A stretch of 64,000 nt of DNA from Acetothermia bacterium UBA7521 (GCA_002479455.1 DLNB01000045.1:141-64140); one strand, 5' to 3'. Positions 25,953 through 34,181 are shown, counted from the first letter of the stretch. Numbers and translations: made by a program. The notes: generated by a model from the sequence alone, not told the origin.

Positions 25953-26819
25953 ATGGAACTGCGCGATGATCTGGTGATCGAGCCGGTCCGCGACGGCGCG
26001 GGGTACCGCGCCTGCGAACGGCTCCAGCAACAGGTGTGGGGGTTCGCGGACCTCGCGGTGGTCCCGGACCACCTCATCCACATGGTGGTCAACGCCGGTG
26101 GCCTCCTCCTCGGCGCATTCGACGGGATCGGACCGGGGCGGGAGATGATCGGGTTCACCCTGTCCGTGGTCGGCCTTCTCGACGGCGGGGTGCTCCGCCA
26201 CTACTCCTTGATGGCCGCGGTGCGGCCGGACTGGCAGGATCGGGGGGTGGGGTACAAGCTCAAGCTCGCCCAGCGGGATCGCGTGTTGGCCCAAGGTGTC
26301 GGGATCATCACCTGGACGTTCGACCCGTTGGAGTCGCGCAACGCCTACTTCAATCTGAACAAGCTGGGCGGGGTCGTCGGCCAGTACCTGCCGAACTACT
26401 TCGGCGAGCTCCGCGACGCGCGCAACCGGGGGATCGACACGGACCGGTTCCTCTGTCAGTGGCACCTCGATGCTCCACGCGTGAGGAGCTACCTCGGCGG
26501 CGGCAGGCCGCCCGCCCTCGCCCTCGGCGACGTGGAGACGATCAACCGCACCCAGCGCACGGCAACGGGGCTCCGCGCGCCGGCGGGGTTCCGACCGGAT
26601 CTGCGTGCTCACAACCTCTTGTTCGAGATCCCGTCGGACCTCCAGACGATGCGCAAGGACGACCTCGACCTCGCCCGGACGTGGCGGCTCGAGGCGCGGC
26701 GGGCGCTGGGGACGTACCTCGACGAGGGCTACGTCGTGACATCCCTCTTCCGCCAGGGCGACCGGAGCTTCCTCGTCCTGGAGAAGTCCCCCCTTCCCAA
26801 GGTTCTGGAGCGGCCGTGA
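25953..26819 (+). CDS. GNAT-like acyltransferase of the type paired with N-succinylamino-acid racemases
   Basis: The start is taken at ATG 25953. MELRDDLVIEPV...RPDWQDRGVGYKLKLAQR..A...G...ITWTFDPLESRNAYFNL.KLG. Its stop overlaps the start of the enolase-superfamily gene (GTGATG). Confidence 0.65.
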   Translation: MELRDDLVIEPVRDGAGYRACERLQQQVWGFADLAVVPDHLIHMVVNAGGLLLGAFDGIGPGREMIGFTLSVVGLLDGGVLRHYSLMAAVRPDWQDRGVGYKLKLAQRDRVLAQGVGIITWTFDPLESRNAYFNLNKLGGVVGQYLPNYFGELRDARNRGIDTDRFLCQWHLDAPRVRSYLGGGRPPALALGDVETINRTQRTATGLRAPAGFRPDLRAHNLLFEIPSDLQTMRKDDLDLARTWRLEARRALGTYLDEGYVVTSLFRQGDRSFLVLEKSPLPKVLERP

Positions 26820-27925
26820 TGCGGATCGAGCGCGCCGCCCTCTACCTTGTGGAGATACCCCTCGTCGCCCCGTTCGTGACGAGCTTCGGGGAGGAACGGG
26901 TCCGCAGGGCGCTGCTCGTCTCGCTCACCTCCGACGGGCGCACCGGGTGGGGGGAGTGCGTGGCCAGCATGGGCCCGTGGTACTCGGCGGAGACGAGCGA
27001 GACGGCCCGCCACGTGATCCTCGACTTCGCCCTCCCCCTTCTCTCCGGGAAGCGCATCGCCCGGCCCACGGATGTCCCCCAGGTTCTCTCCCCGATCCGC
27101 GGGCACGCGATGGCAAAGGCGGCAGTGGAGGCCGCCTTGTGGGACCTCCACGCCCAGGCGGAGGGGAAGCCGCTCGCCGCGCTCCTCGGCGGAACCCGGG
27201 ACCGGGTCCCGGCCGGGGTGAGCGTGGGGATCCAGCCCGACGTGGCGACCCTCGTCTCCCGCGTCGCGGCGTACGTGGCGGAGGGGTACAGGCGGGTGAA
27301 GCTCAAGGTCAAGCCGGGGTGGGACCTCGAACCCCTGCGGGCGGTGCGGGAGCGGTTCCCCGACTTCCCCTTGTCGGTGGACGCCAACGCCGCGTACGCG
27401 CTCGCCAACACGGCGCACCTGCGGGAGTTCGACCGGTTCGGGCTCCTCATGGTCGAGCAGCCCCTTGCCCACGACGACCTCGTCGGCCACGCCCGGCTCG
27501 CCCAGGACCTGGAAACGCCGCTCTGCCTCGACGAGTCCATCACGTCACCCCATCGGGCGTGGGAGGCGCTCGAACTCGGGGCGTGTCGGATCCTCAACGT
27601 GAAGCAAGGCCGGCTGGGCGGTTTGTCCGCAGTCCTCGAGGTGCATAAGCTGGCTTGCGAGCGGGATGTGCCCCTATGGTGCGGGGGGATGCTCGAGACG
27701 GGCGTGGGCCGGGCCGTGAACGCCGCCCTCGCCTCGCTCCCGGGGTTCACGCTTCCCCACGACATCTCGGCGACGGACCGCTACTACCGGGAGGACATCG
27801 CGCTCCCCCCGTTCCGGCTGGAGGATGGGCACATCCGCGTCCCGACGCAGCCCGGCCTCGGGGTGGAGGTGCACCTGGAGCGGCTGCACCGGTTCGCGGT
27901 GGGGATGTGGGCGTGGTGCCAGTGA
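26819..27925 (+). CDS. enolase-superfamily o-succinylbenzoate synthase / N-succinylamino-acid racemase (OSBS/NSAR)
   Basis: The start is taken at ATG 26819. The sequence contains KLKVKPGWD...SVDANAAY...MVEQPL..DD...LDESI...NVKQGRLGG...WCGGMLETGVGR. These carry the KxK, DxN, E, D and K catalytic and metal ligands of the OSBS/NSAR subgroup. The upstream 260 codons of the 629-aa ORF are an out-of-frame shadow of the GNAT gene. Confidence 0.8.
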   Translation: MRIERAALYLVEIPLVAPFVTSFGEERVRRALLVSLTSDGRTGWGECVASMGPWYSAETSETARHVILDFALPLLSGKRIARPTDVPQVLSPIRGHAMAKAAVEAALWDLHAQAEGKPLAALLGGTRDRVPAGVSVGIQPDVATLVSRVAAYVAEGYRRVKLKVKPGWDLEPLRAVRERFPDFPLSVDANAAYALANTAHLREFDRFGLLMVEQPLAHDDLVGHARLAQDLETPLCLDESITSPHRAWEALELGACRILNVKQGRLGGLSAVLEVHKLACERDVPLWCGGMLETGVGRAVNAALASLPGFTLPHDISATDRYYREDIALPPFRLEDGHIRVPTQPGLGVEVHLERLHRFAVGMWAWCQ

Positions 27926-27935
27926 GGAGGAACCG

Positions 27936-28598
27936 ATGACGAAGGCGGAACTGGCGAAGACCATCGACCACACCGTGCTCGGGCCGGAGACGAGCCGGGC
28001 CGCGGTAGAGAAGGTGTGCGAAGAAGCGATCGAGCACGGGTTCGTCGCAGTGTGCATCCCGCCCGGGCACGTGGCGTGGGCGAAGGACTTGCTTCGGAAC
28101 ACAGGCGTCCTCCTGTGCACGGTGGTCGGATTCCCCCACGGCCAGCACAAGCCGGAGGTCAAGGCGTTCGAGGCGCAGCAGGCCGTGGCCGACGGCGCGG
28201 TCGAGGTGGACATGGTGGTGGACGTCGCCGCCCTGGAGGAGGGGGACCGGGCGCGCGTCCTCGCCGACCTCCGCGCGGTGCGCGAAGCGGTACCCCGGCC
28301 GATCGTGCTTAAGGTGATCCTGGAGTGCTGCCTCCTTTCCGACGACCAGAAGGTCTTGGGGGCCCAGCTTGCCCAGGAGGCCGGAGCGGACTTCGTGAAG
28401 ACCTCGACCGGGTTCAGCACCGGCGGGGCCACGGTCGCGGACATCGCCCTCCTTCGCCGGACCGTGGGAACAGGGATGGGGGTCAAGGCGTCGGGCGGGA
28501 TCCGCGACTATGCGACGGCACTGGCGATGGTCCAGGCTGGCGCGAACCGCATCGGCGCCTCGAAGAGCGTTCAGATCGTCGCCGGAGCTCCCGGTTGA
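27936..28598 (+). CDS. deoC: deoxyribose-phosphate aldolase
   Basis: IDHTVL.PE...GF.AVCI.P...VVGFP.G......K..E...A...GA.E.DMV...LKVILE...L...FVKTSTGF...GAT..D...GVKASGGIR is the DeoC class I aldolase pattern. Confidence 0.9.
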   Translation: MTKAELAKTIDHTVLGPETSRAAVEKVCEEAIEHGFVAVCIPPGHVAWAKDLLRNTGVLLCTVVGFPHGQHKPEVKAFEAQQAVADGAVEVDMVVDVAALEEGDRARVLADLRAVREAVPRPIVLKVILECCLLSDDQKVLGAQLAQEAGADFVKTSTGFSTGGATVADIALLRRTVGTGMGVKASGGIRDYATALAMVQAGANRIGASKSVQIVAGAPG

Positions 28599-28722
28599 CC
28601 CGAGGGGACACAACTCGACACTCCGTCAACCCCGCGCTCTGGTTTCACCGCCGAGATCGCAGAGACCGCCGAGAGTGGGCTTGTGACTGGTGACCGGTTG
28701 AAGACTGCGCGGACTCCGGAGC

Positions 28723-28777
28723 ACGGCCCACGGATTACGAACTACGGGTCTTCTCTGCGCTCTCTGCGTCTCCGCGG
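28723..28777. repeat. degenerate partial copy (C) of the CCGT-rich repeat
   Basis: ACGGCCCACGGATTACGAACTACGG matches ACGGTCCGCGGATCACGGACAACGG of copy A at about 20 of 25 positions. Both segments end in TCCGCGG. Intergenic between deoC and recO. Confidence 0.5.
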
Positions 28778-28804
28778 TGGCCCCGCCGATGGGGCCAAGG
28801 GCGG

Positions 28805-29503
28805 GTGAGCAGGGTGGCTGAACTCGCCCGGGATCGCGGGATCGTCCTCCGCACCCAGGACTACGCGGAGACGGACCGGATCGCGGTCCTCCTGACCTCC
28901 CGCGGCCGATTGGACGTCCTGGCGAAGGGCGCCCGCCGCCTGGAGCGCTCCACCGGGGCAGCGCTCGATCCGCTGCATGTGGTGGACGTCATCCACTACC
29001 GTCGCCGTGGGCTGCACCTCCTCAAGGAGGCGAGCTTCGTCCGAACGTTCCCGGCGGTGCGGGGCGATCTCGAACGGGCCACCGCAGCCCTGAAGGCGCT
29101 CCGCTGGGTGGTGGACCTCGTGCCGACCGGCGCGCCCGATGACCGTCCGTACACCCTGACGCTGGAGTTTCTCGCCGCCCTCGACGGAGGCCTGCACCCC
29201 CCGGTGTTCACCGCCGCCTACGCACTGCGGCTCCTCTCTGTGGCCGGGCTCGAACCTCACCTGGCCGGTTGTGTCCGCTGCGCGAGGACGGAGGACTTGA
29301 CGTGGAGCCCGGAGCATGGGGGACTCCTCTGCGCGCGCTGCGGCGGGCGGGGGACTCCCGTGTCCGCCCGCCTGTGGCGGTCGCTCGACGCCCTGGCCCG
29401 GCTTCCCTTCCCCGCCCTCGCCCGGCTGAAGCTCTCCGACGAAGACCTCGCGATCGGGGTCGCTCTTCTTCACCAGTTCCGCGCCGCTCAGCTCGGCCGG
29501 TAG
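28805..29503 (+). CDS. recO: DNA repair protein RecO
   Basis: GTG start. The OB-fold N-terminus is GIVLRTQDYAETDRIAVLLTSRGRLDVLAKGARR. The zinc motif is CVRCA...LLCARCGG. Confidence 0.85.
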   Translation: MSRVAELARDRGIVLRTQDYAETDRIAVLLTSRGRLDVLAKGARRLERSTGAALDPLHVVDVIHYRRRGLHLLKEASFVRTFPAVRGDLERATAALKALRWVVDLVPTGAPDDRPYTLTLEFLAALDGGLHPPVFTAAYALRLLSVAGLEPHLAGCVRCARTEDLTWSPEHGGLLCARCGGRGTPVSARLWRSLDALARLPFPALARLKLSDEDLAIGVALLHQFRAAQLGR

Positions 29504-29537
29504 AAGGGCGGCTCTCCCAGCGCTATAGTCCCTCGCC

Positions 29538-29789
29538 ATGGAATGCCAGATCGTCGCCTGTGAGCAGGTGGTGTTCGCCGGCGCTTCCACGGGGGTCTAC
29601 GCCCGGAGCCACGACGGGTGGTTCGGGGTTCTCCCCGGCCACGCGCCCGCGGTGTTCGCGTTGAGGGATGCCGAGCTGCGGGTGAACACGGAGGAGGGTA
29701 CACGGGTGTTCCGCGTCCGCGGGGGAACCCTCTACGCGGCTCCGGACAAGGTCACGGTACTCACCGAACAGGCGTTCCCGGTCGCGTAG
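29538..29789 (+). CDS. F-type ATP synthase epsilon-like protein, N-terminal beta-sandwich only
   Basis: The 83-aa sequence MECQIVACEQVVFAGASTGVYARSHDGWFGVLPGHAPAVFALRDAELRV......RVRGGTLYAAPDKVTVLTEQA matches the epsilon/delta N-domain pattern (GE.GILPGHAP...L..G). There is no C-terminal helical hairpin and no atp genes are nearby. Confidence 0.6.
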   Translation: MECQIVACEQVVFAGASTGVYARSHDGWFGVLPGHAPAVFALRDAELRVNTEEGTRVFRVRGGTLYAAPDKVTVLTEQAFPVA

Positions 29790-29816
29790 CGCAGTTCATC
29801 TCGCCCAAAAGAGGAA

Positions 29817-29838
29817 GGGCCCTGGTTTCCCAGGGCCC
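29817..29838. terminator. bidirectional hairpin between convergent epsilon-like and csp genes
   Basis: GGGCCCTGG-TTTC-CCAGGGCCC, a perfect 9-bp stem. Confidence 0.55.
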
Positions 29839-29861
29839 CTCTAGTTGGCACAGAGCGGCTA

Positions 29862-30062
29862 CTACCGCGGCGTAACGTTCTTGGCCTGCGGGCCCTTCGG
29901 GCCTGCCTCTACGTCGAACTCTACAACCTGTCCCTCGCGCAGGCTCTTGAACCCGGGCATCGTGATCGCAGAGAAATGCACGAACACGTCCGGGCCCCCA
30001 TCCTGCTCGATGAAGCCGTACCCCTTCGAGTCATCGAACCACTTCACTTTACCAGTGGCCAT
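29862..30062 (-). CDS. csp: cold-shock protein (CspA family)
   Basis: The start is taken at internal ATG 30062. [33 protein letters not shown] contains the RNP1 and RNP2 motifs. 66 aa. Confidence 0.95.
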   Translation of the reverse strand: MATGKVKWFDDSKGYGFIEQDGGPDVFVHFSAITMPGFKSLREGQVVEFDVEAGPKGPQAKNVTPR

Positions 30063-30178
30063 CCGGTTGTTCCCCCCTTTTTCCTTGTGTCTCGACCGTT
30101 CTACATGAGCCCCTGCGCTGCGAGGGAAAACCCCGAGCAGCCACCCCGGTGCTGCATTTCGTACGGTCCTGCAGAGGC

Positions 30179-30206
30179 TAGTATAGCCGCGCAAGGACGG
30201 AAGGCA
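30179..30206 (-). promoter_or_regulatory. candidate csp promoter implying a ~110-nt 5' UTR
   Basis: The minus strand reads TTGCCT-16 nt-TATACT. A long leader is typical of cspA-type genes. Confidence 0.45.
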
Positions 30207-30258
30207 AGTCCCTTGGATCGCCGTTGGGGTCGAAGTACACTCCACTCAGGACGGTACG

Positions 30259-31149
30259 ATGGACCCCCAAGAGCAGGAGACCACGTTTGTCGAAGAGGGA
30301 CAGCACCCCACCGAGGTGGATGCGCTCACTCTCTACCTCGCTGAGGTCGCCCGCATCCCCTTCCTCACGGAGGACGAGGAGCGGGACCTCGCACTCCGCA
30401 TGCGCAGCGGGGATGGCGGGGCCCGCGAACACCTCATCGTGTCCCACCTCCGCCTCGTGGTCTCGATGGCCCGCGAGTACGGCGACGTGGGTCTGGACCT
30501 TTTGGATCTCGTTCAGGAAGGAAATCTCGGTCTCATCGAGGCCGTGGATCGATTCGACATCGAGCGCGGTGTCCGCCTTTCCGCCTACGCCCGGTGGTGG
30601 ATCCGGCAGACGATGGGCGCCGCGATCGAACGCCACGCTCAGCTGATCCGGATCCCCGCTCACTTGTTCCGGGCGATCGTCCGGTTCCACCGCTTGCAGG
30701 CAACGTTCGGAGCAGAAGAAGGAGAAGAGCGGGCTGACCTGTTCCTCGCTCCGGGGATGACCCTCGACCGCGTGCAACAGGTGGAACGGACCGTGGCCGA
30801 CGTGATCTCGCTCGATAGCCCGATCGCCGATGAAGAGGGTACGGAGACCCTCGATGAGATCATCGCCGACGAGACCATCCCCGGCCCGGAGAAGGCCGCG
30901 CTCGAAGCCCTGTTCCACGATGAACTCACGGCAATCGTGGACCGCCTGCCGGCGCGCGATGCCCAAATCCTCCGCTGGAGGTACGGCCTGGAAGGAGCGG
31001 TCCCCCAGACCCTAGCCGAGGTCGGAAAGGCCCTTGGGGTATCGCGCGAGCGAGCGCGGCAGCTCGAGGAGCGAGCCTTGAAACGCCTCAAAGAAGCGTG
31101 GGGGGAGCAAGCCCTCCAATTCTACCGCCGCCTCATCGCTGACCTGTAG
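30259..31149 (+). CDS. RNA polymerase sigma factor, sigma-70 family (RpoD-like, no region 1.1)
   Basis: Region 2 is HLRLVVSMAREY...DLVQEGNLGLIEAVDRFD...SAYARWWIRQ. Region 3 is present. Region 4 is LPARDAQILRWRYGL...TLAEVGKALGVSRERARQLE. Confidence 0.85.
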   Translation: MDPQEQETTFVEEGQHPTEVDALTLYLAEVARIPFLTEDEERDLALRMRSGDGGAREHLIVSHLRLVVSMAREYGDVGLDLLDLVQEGNLGLIEAVDRFDIERGVRLSAYARWWIRQTMGAAIERHAQLIRIPAHLFRAIVRFHRLQATFGAEEGEERADLFLAPGMTLDRVQQVERTVADVISLDSPIADEEGTETLDEIIADETIPGPEKAALEALFHDELTAIVDRLPARDAQILRWRYGLEGAVPQTLAEVGKALGVSRERARQLEERALKRLKEAWGEQALQFYRRLIADL

Positions 31150-31211
31150 CGATCGATGTCAGGAGCCGCCGTGGAGCCTGCAGCCACGTAAGGCAGAGGG
31201 GCTGTAACAAA

Positions 31212-32387
31212 CTATGAGGATGTCAAGGGTACGTAGGGCCGGTTATCCCTCCAGATGGCGAAAAGGACGTGGACGAAGTGGTTCATCACTGCTCCGAGGG
31301 CGCGGCGGTGGGGCTTGCTGCGGGCGAGGTGACGTTCGTAGAGGGCCTTGAACTGGGCATCGGTGCGCACCGCCTTCTGGCAGGCGAGGTAGATGGCACG
31401 GCGCAGGTGGCGGGAGCCCCGCTTGGACATCCGGACCTGGCCCTGGAGGGAGCCGGACTGGCGGAGCTTGGGGTCGATGCCGGCGAAGGCGACCATCTGC
31501 TGGGGACGAGCGAAGCGGCGTGCAGAGCCGAGTTCGGCGGCGAGGATGGCGGCAAGGAGAACCCCGACCCCGGGGAGGGTGTGGAGAGGCAGGTCCAGGT
31601 GGGAGTAGGCGTGGGCGATGTGCTTGTCGAGGGAGTCGATCTGCTCGTTGAGGAGGCGGACCTGAGCGAGGAGCAGGGCGAGGGCGATCTCGGCAGCGGG
31701 GGAAGGAACACCGACCGAGGAGGCAGCGGCGTCGAGGATCCGTCGCGCCCGGGCCTGCCCGAGCTTCCCCCGACTGGCGCGGCGGAGGAGAGCGGTGAGG
31801 GCGTTGGGTCCCAGGGCGAGGATCTTCGCGGGAGAAGGGGCAGCTTCGAGCAGGGCGAGCGTGGTAGGGGAGGAGCGTTTCTTGGGCAGGAGCGGCGGGA
31901 GCTCAGGGAACAAGGAGGACAAGAGGCTGTCGATGCGCAGGGTGGCGCGGGTGCGGTCCTTGACGAAGGAGGTGTGGAGGCGGGTGAGCTGGCGGAGTTC
32001 GAGCGCGCTGGGGTGGAGGCGCTCACGAGGGGCTTGGTCCTCCCACCGCAGGGCCTGAGCGATGAGCACGGCGTCGATGCGGTCGGTCTTAGCGCCGCGG
32101 ATGCCGTAGTTGCGAAGCGAAGAGGTCTTGATGGGGTTGTCCACGACGCAGGGCCAGCCTTGGAGGGAGAGCCACCGGGCCACCGGTTGCCAGTAGGGAC
32201 CGGTGGCTTCGATGCCGACGCGCAGCTGTTCCTTGGGGGGCAGGTGGCGCTGGACGAACGCGCGGAGGGTGAGCAAGCCCTCTGCAGTAGCCGGGAACTG
32301 GGGGAGCAGAGCGACCGTGGCGCCGCGGGGGTCGACAAGAGCGGCGGCGTGGTGGTACCTGCCGACGTCGATGCCGAGGTAGAACAT
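31212..32387 (-). CDS. IS110-family transposase/recombinase
   Basis: 391 aa. The N-terminal RuvC-like DEDD domain is MFYLGIDVGRYHH...VGIEATGPYW...KTDRIDA. The C-terminal Tnp domain is LPGVGVLLAAILAAELG...AGIDPKLRQSG......SKRGSRHLRRAIY. Confidence 0.9.
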   Translation of the reverse strand: MFYLGIDVGRYHHAAALVDPRGATVALLPQFPATAEGLLTLRAFVQRHLPPKEQLRVGIEATGPYWQPVARWLSLQGWPCVVDNPIKTSSLRNYGIRGAKTDRIDAVLIAQALRWEDQAPRERLHPSALELRQLTRLHTSFVKDRTRATLRIDSLLSSLFPELPPLLPKKRSSPTTLALLEAAPSPAKILALGPNALTALLRRASRGKLGQARARRILDAAASSVGVPSPAAEIALALLLAQVRLLNEQIDSLDKHIAHAYSHLDLPLHTLPGVGVLLAAILAAELGSARRFARPQQMVAFAGIDPKLRQSGSLQGQVRMSKRGSRHLRRAIYLACQKAVRTDAQFKALYERHLARSKPHRRALGAVMNHFVHVLFAIWRDNRPYVPLTSS

Positions 32388-32640
32388 GCATGACCACCTC
32401 CGAACGTGCTAAGATGGAGGGCCCAGATCGGGTGGAGGGCAGGGCGGCCACAAGCTCGTGGGGAGATGCGTAGCGCCTCCAGGGAGGCCTACATCAAACC
32501 GATCCGTGGCCAGGCCCCGCGGGTTGCGTCTCGTTACAGGTCGTGGCGCCCGAAGGGCCCACAAGCGTCGGGACGGGCTCACCCCACTTGGGACCTCAAG
32601 CCAAGTGTACGGGACCGGTCACCGGCTACCCTGCCCTCGC
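32388..32640 (-). ncRNA. candidate IS110 bridge (guide) RNA in the upstream non-coding end
   Basis: A perfect 10-bp long-range pairing, GAGGGCAGGG (32435-32444) with CCCTGCCCTC (32629-32638), encloses ~185 nt. That segment contains internal hairpins, for example CACTTGG-9 nt-CCAAGTG at 32585-32607. The position matches where IS110-group elements encode their bridge RNA. Confidence 0.3.
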
Positions 32641-33041
32641 TTCCCTCACTACCAACATACGAGCGTCGGGCTTCATGCCCGACGGCCGGAAAGGCGGCTC
32701 GGCGGTTGATGGTCTGACGGTTGGCCTAGAAGGCACAAGAAAGCCGTCGCAGACAAGCTGCGACGCTACGAAAACCTCTCTGAGGAGACCAGGAAGGGAG
32801 GGAAACGGAGCTCGAGGTTGCGAACTGAACCGTCGTCCCGAGCTCTCCTCCTGTGTTCCTGGTTCCCTCAGCGGTTTGGGGTTCCTCTGCGATCTCGGCG
32901 TACCCGGCGGTGAGCAGCTCTGCCCATCGGGGTTGCGTTGCCCGCAGTGAAAGGCCGCGCGCCGACTTGCCTGCGCGCGGCGTGCAAGCAGGAAGCCCGC
33001 ACGCCGCAGGTCCGCGGGCCCGAGGCCCGCACCCAACCTAG

Positions 33042-34181
33042 AGTGTTCCGTTTCACAGTAGTGTTGACAGGTGGGGGTGTGGGGAGGGGGTAGCAGGAGC
33101 GAGGGTCACCGCGGCAAGCTCACCAGGGATCCGACAAGAAACCTGGGAGGAAGCCCGATGACCATCGAGGACAAGGTACACGGTTTCCGGCTCCATGCAC
33201 TCCGCCGAGCGGAGGAACTGGGCAACGTGAGCGCGGCGTGTCGAGAACTTGACATCTCGCGCACGGTGTTCTACCGGTGGAAGAAGCGCCTCCGGGCGTA
33301 CGGGGCGGATGCTCTTCATCCCCGACGAACGTCCGCTCGTCCCGGACGACCACCGCTGCTGGGTCCTGTGGAGGAACGGGCGATCGTAGCGACGGCGCTG
33401 GCGTGGCCAACGTGGGGACCCAACTGGATGTCGCTCCAGCTTGCGCGACAAGGGGGCCACGTCTCCCCAAGCACGGTGTGGCGGGCGCTGCGGCGGATGG
33501 GGCTGGGAAGACGTGAAACGCGGCTCTTGGCCGTGGAGGGCCAGGCCGCCAAGGCTGCGGGGCTCCTCACCGAGCGCACGCGAAGGAACCTCCGGCGGAC
33601 CCGGCACGTAGCTGTAGACGAACCCGGGGAGCTGGTGTGCCTGGACACGTTCTTCATCGGCAAGCTCAAGGGCGTAGGGCAGATGTGGCAGATCACGGCG
33701 TGCGATGCGGCGAGCTCCTACGCCTGGGCCAAGGTGATCCCCGCCCGCAACGCGAAGGAGGCAGCACGGTTCCTGACTGAGGTGCTCGTGCCCCAGTTCA
33801 CCCGGGCAGGGTGGAAGCTCCAGCGTGTGCTCACGGATCGGGGGAGTGAGTTCAAGGGCGAGTTCGACCAAGCGTGTCGGGACCTTGGGATCACCCACTC
33901 GCGGACGAAGCCGCGGCACGCGTGGACGAACGGGTTCGTGGAGCGGCTGCAGAGGACCATCCTCCACGAGCACTGGCGGGTGGCGTTCCGACAGAGGTAC
34001 TTCACCCGTGCTCACCAACTCCAAAGATCCCTTGCAGGGTTCTTGCGGTTCTACAACGAGGCGCGACCGCACCAAGGGTACCGGACTCAGGGACGCCCCC
34101 CGGCGGAGGTGTTCTGGGGAGCGGCGGCTCAGGCGTCAGACAAGGAGGCCTAACGTGTCAACAGTATTACGGTACTGGACA
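33042..34181 (+). mobile_element. IS481-family insertion sequence
   Basis: Imperfect terminal inverted repeats: (AG)TGTTCCG...TAGTGTTGACA on the left and TGTCAACAGTA...CTGGACA on the right. It is flanked by ACCTAG (33036-33041) and CCCTAG (34182-34187), the NCTAGN-type duplication characteristic of IS481. Confidence 0.75.
33158..34153 (+). CDS. IS481-family DDE transposase
   Basis: The start is taken at ATG 33158 (GGGAGGAAGCCCG ATG). The N-terminal HTH is NVSAACRELDISRTVFYRWKKR. The rve core is VDEPGELVCLDTF...LTDRGSEF...TKPRHAWTNGFVERLQRT...YN..RPHQG. Confidence 0.9.
   Translation: MTIEDKVHGFRLHALRRAEELGNVSAACRELDISRTVFYRWKKRLRAYGADALHPRRTSARPGRPPLLGPVEERAIVATALAWPTWGPNWMSLQLARQGGHVSPSTVWRALRRMGLGRRETRLLAVEGQAAKAAGLLTERTRRNLRRTRHVAVDEPGELVCLDTFFIGKLKGVGQMWQITACDAASSYAWAKVIPARNAKEAARFLTEVLVPQFTRAGWKLQRVLTDRGSEFKGEFDQACRDLGITHSRTKPRHAWTNGFVERLQRTILHEHWRVAFRQRYFTRAHQLQRSLAGFLRFYNEARPHQGYRTQGRPPAEVFWGAAAQASDKEA

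Larger units (their letters stand above)
31150..32640 (-). mobile_element. IS110-family insertion sequence (boundaries approximate)
   Basis: Contains the DEDD-type transposase gene 31212-32387. At most 62 nt are available downstream before the sigma-factor stop codon. The structured non-coding end lies upstream. No inverted repeats, as expected for this family. Confidence 0.6.

Noticed and set aside
26036-27925. 629-aa ORF suggesting a large fusion protein.
   Set aside because: The first ~260 codons are an out-of-frame, Arg/Pro/Gly-rich shadow of the GNAT gene. The enolase-superfamily sequence begins at ATG 26819, which overlaps the GNAT stop.
19041-28777. CRISPR array hypothesis for the CCGT-rich repeats.
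   Set aside because: The copies are kilobases apart, in different orientations, ~107 nt long and internally palindromic. There is no regular repeat-spacer periodicity and no cas genes in the window.
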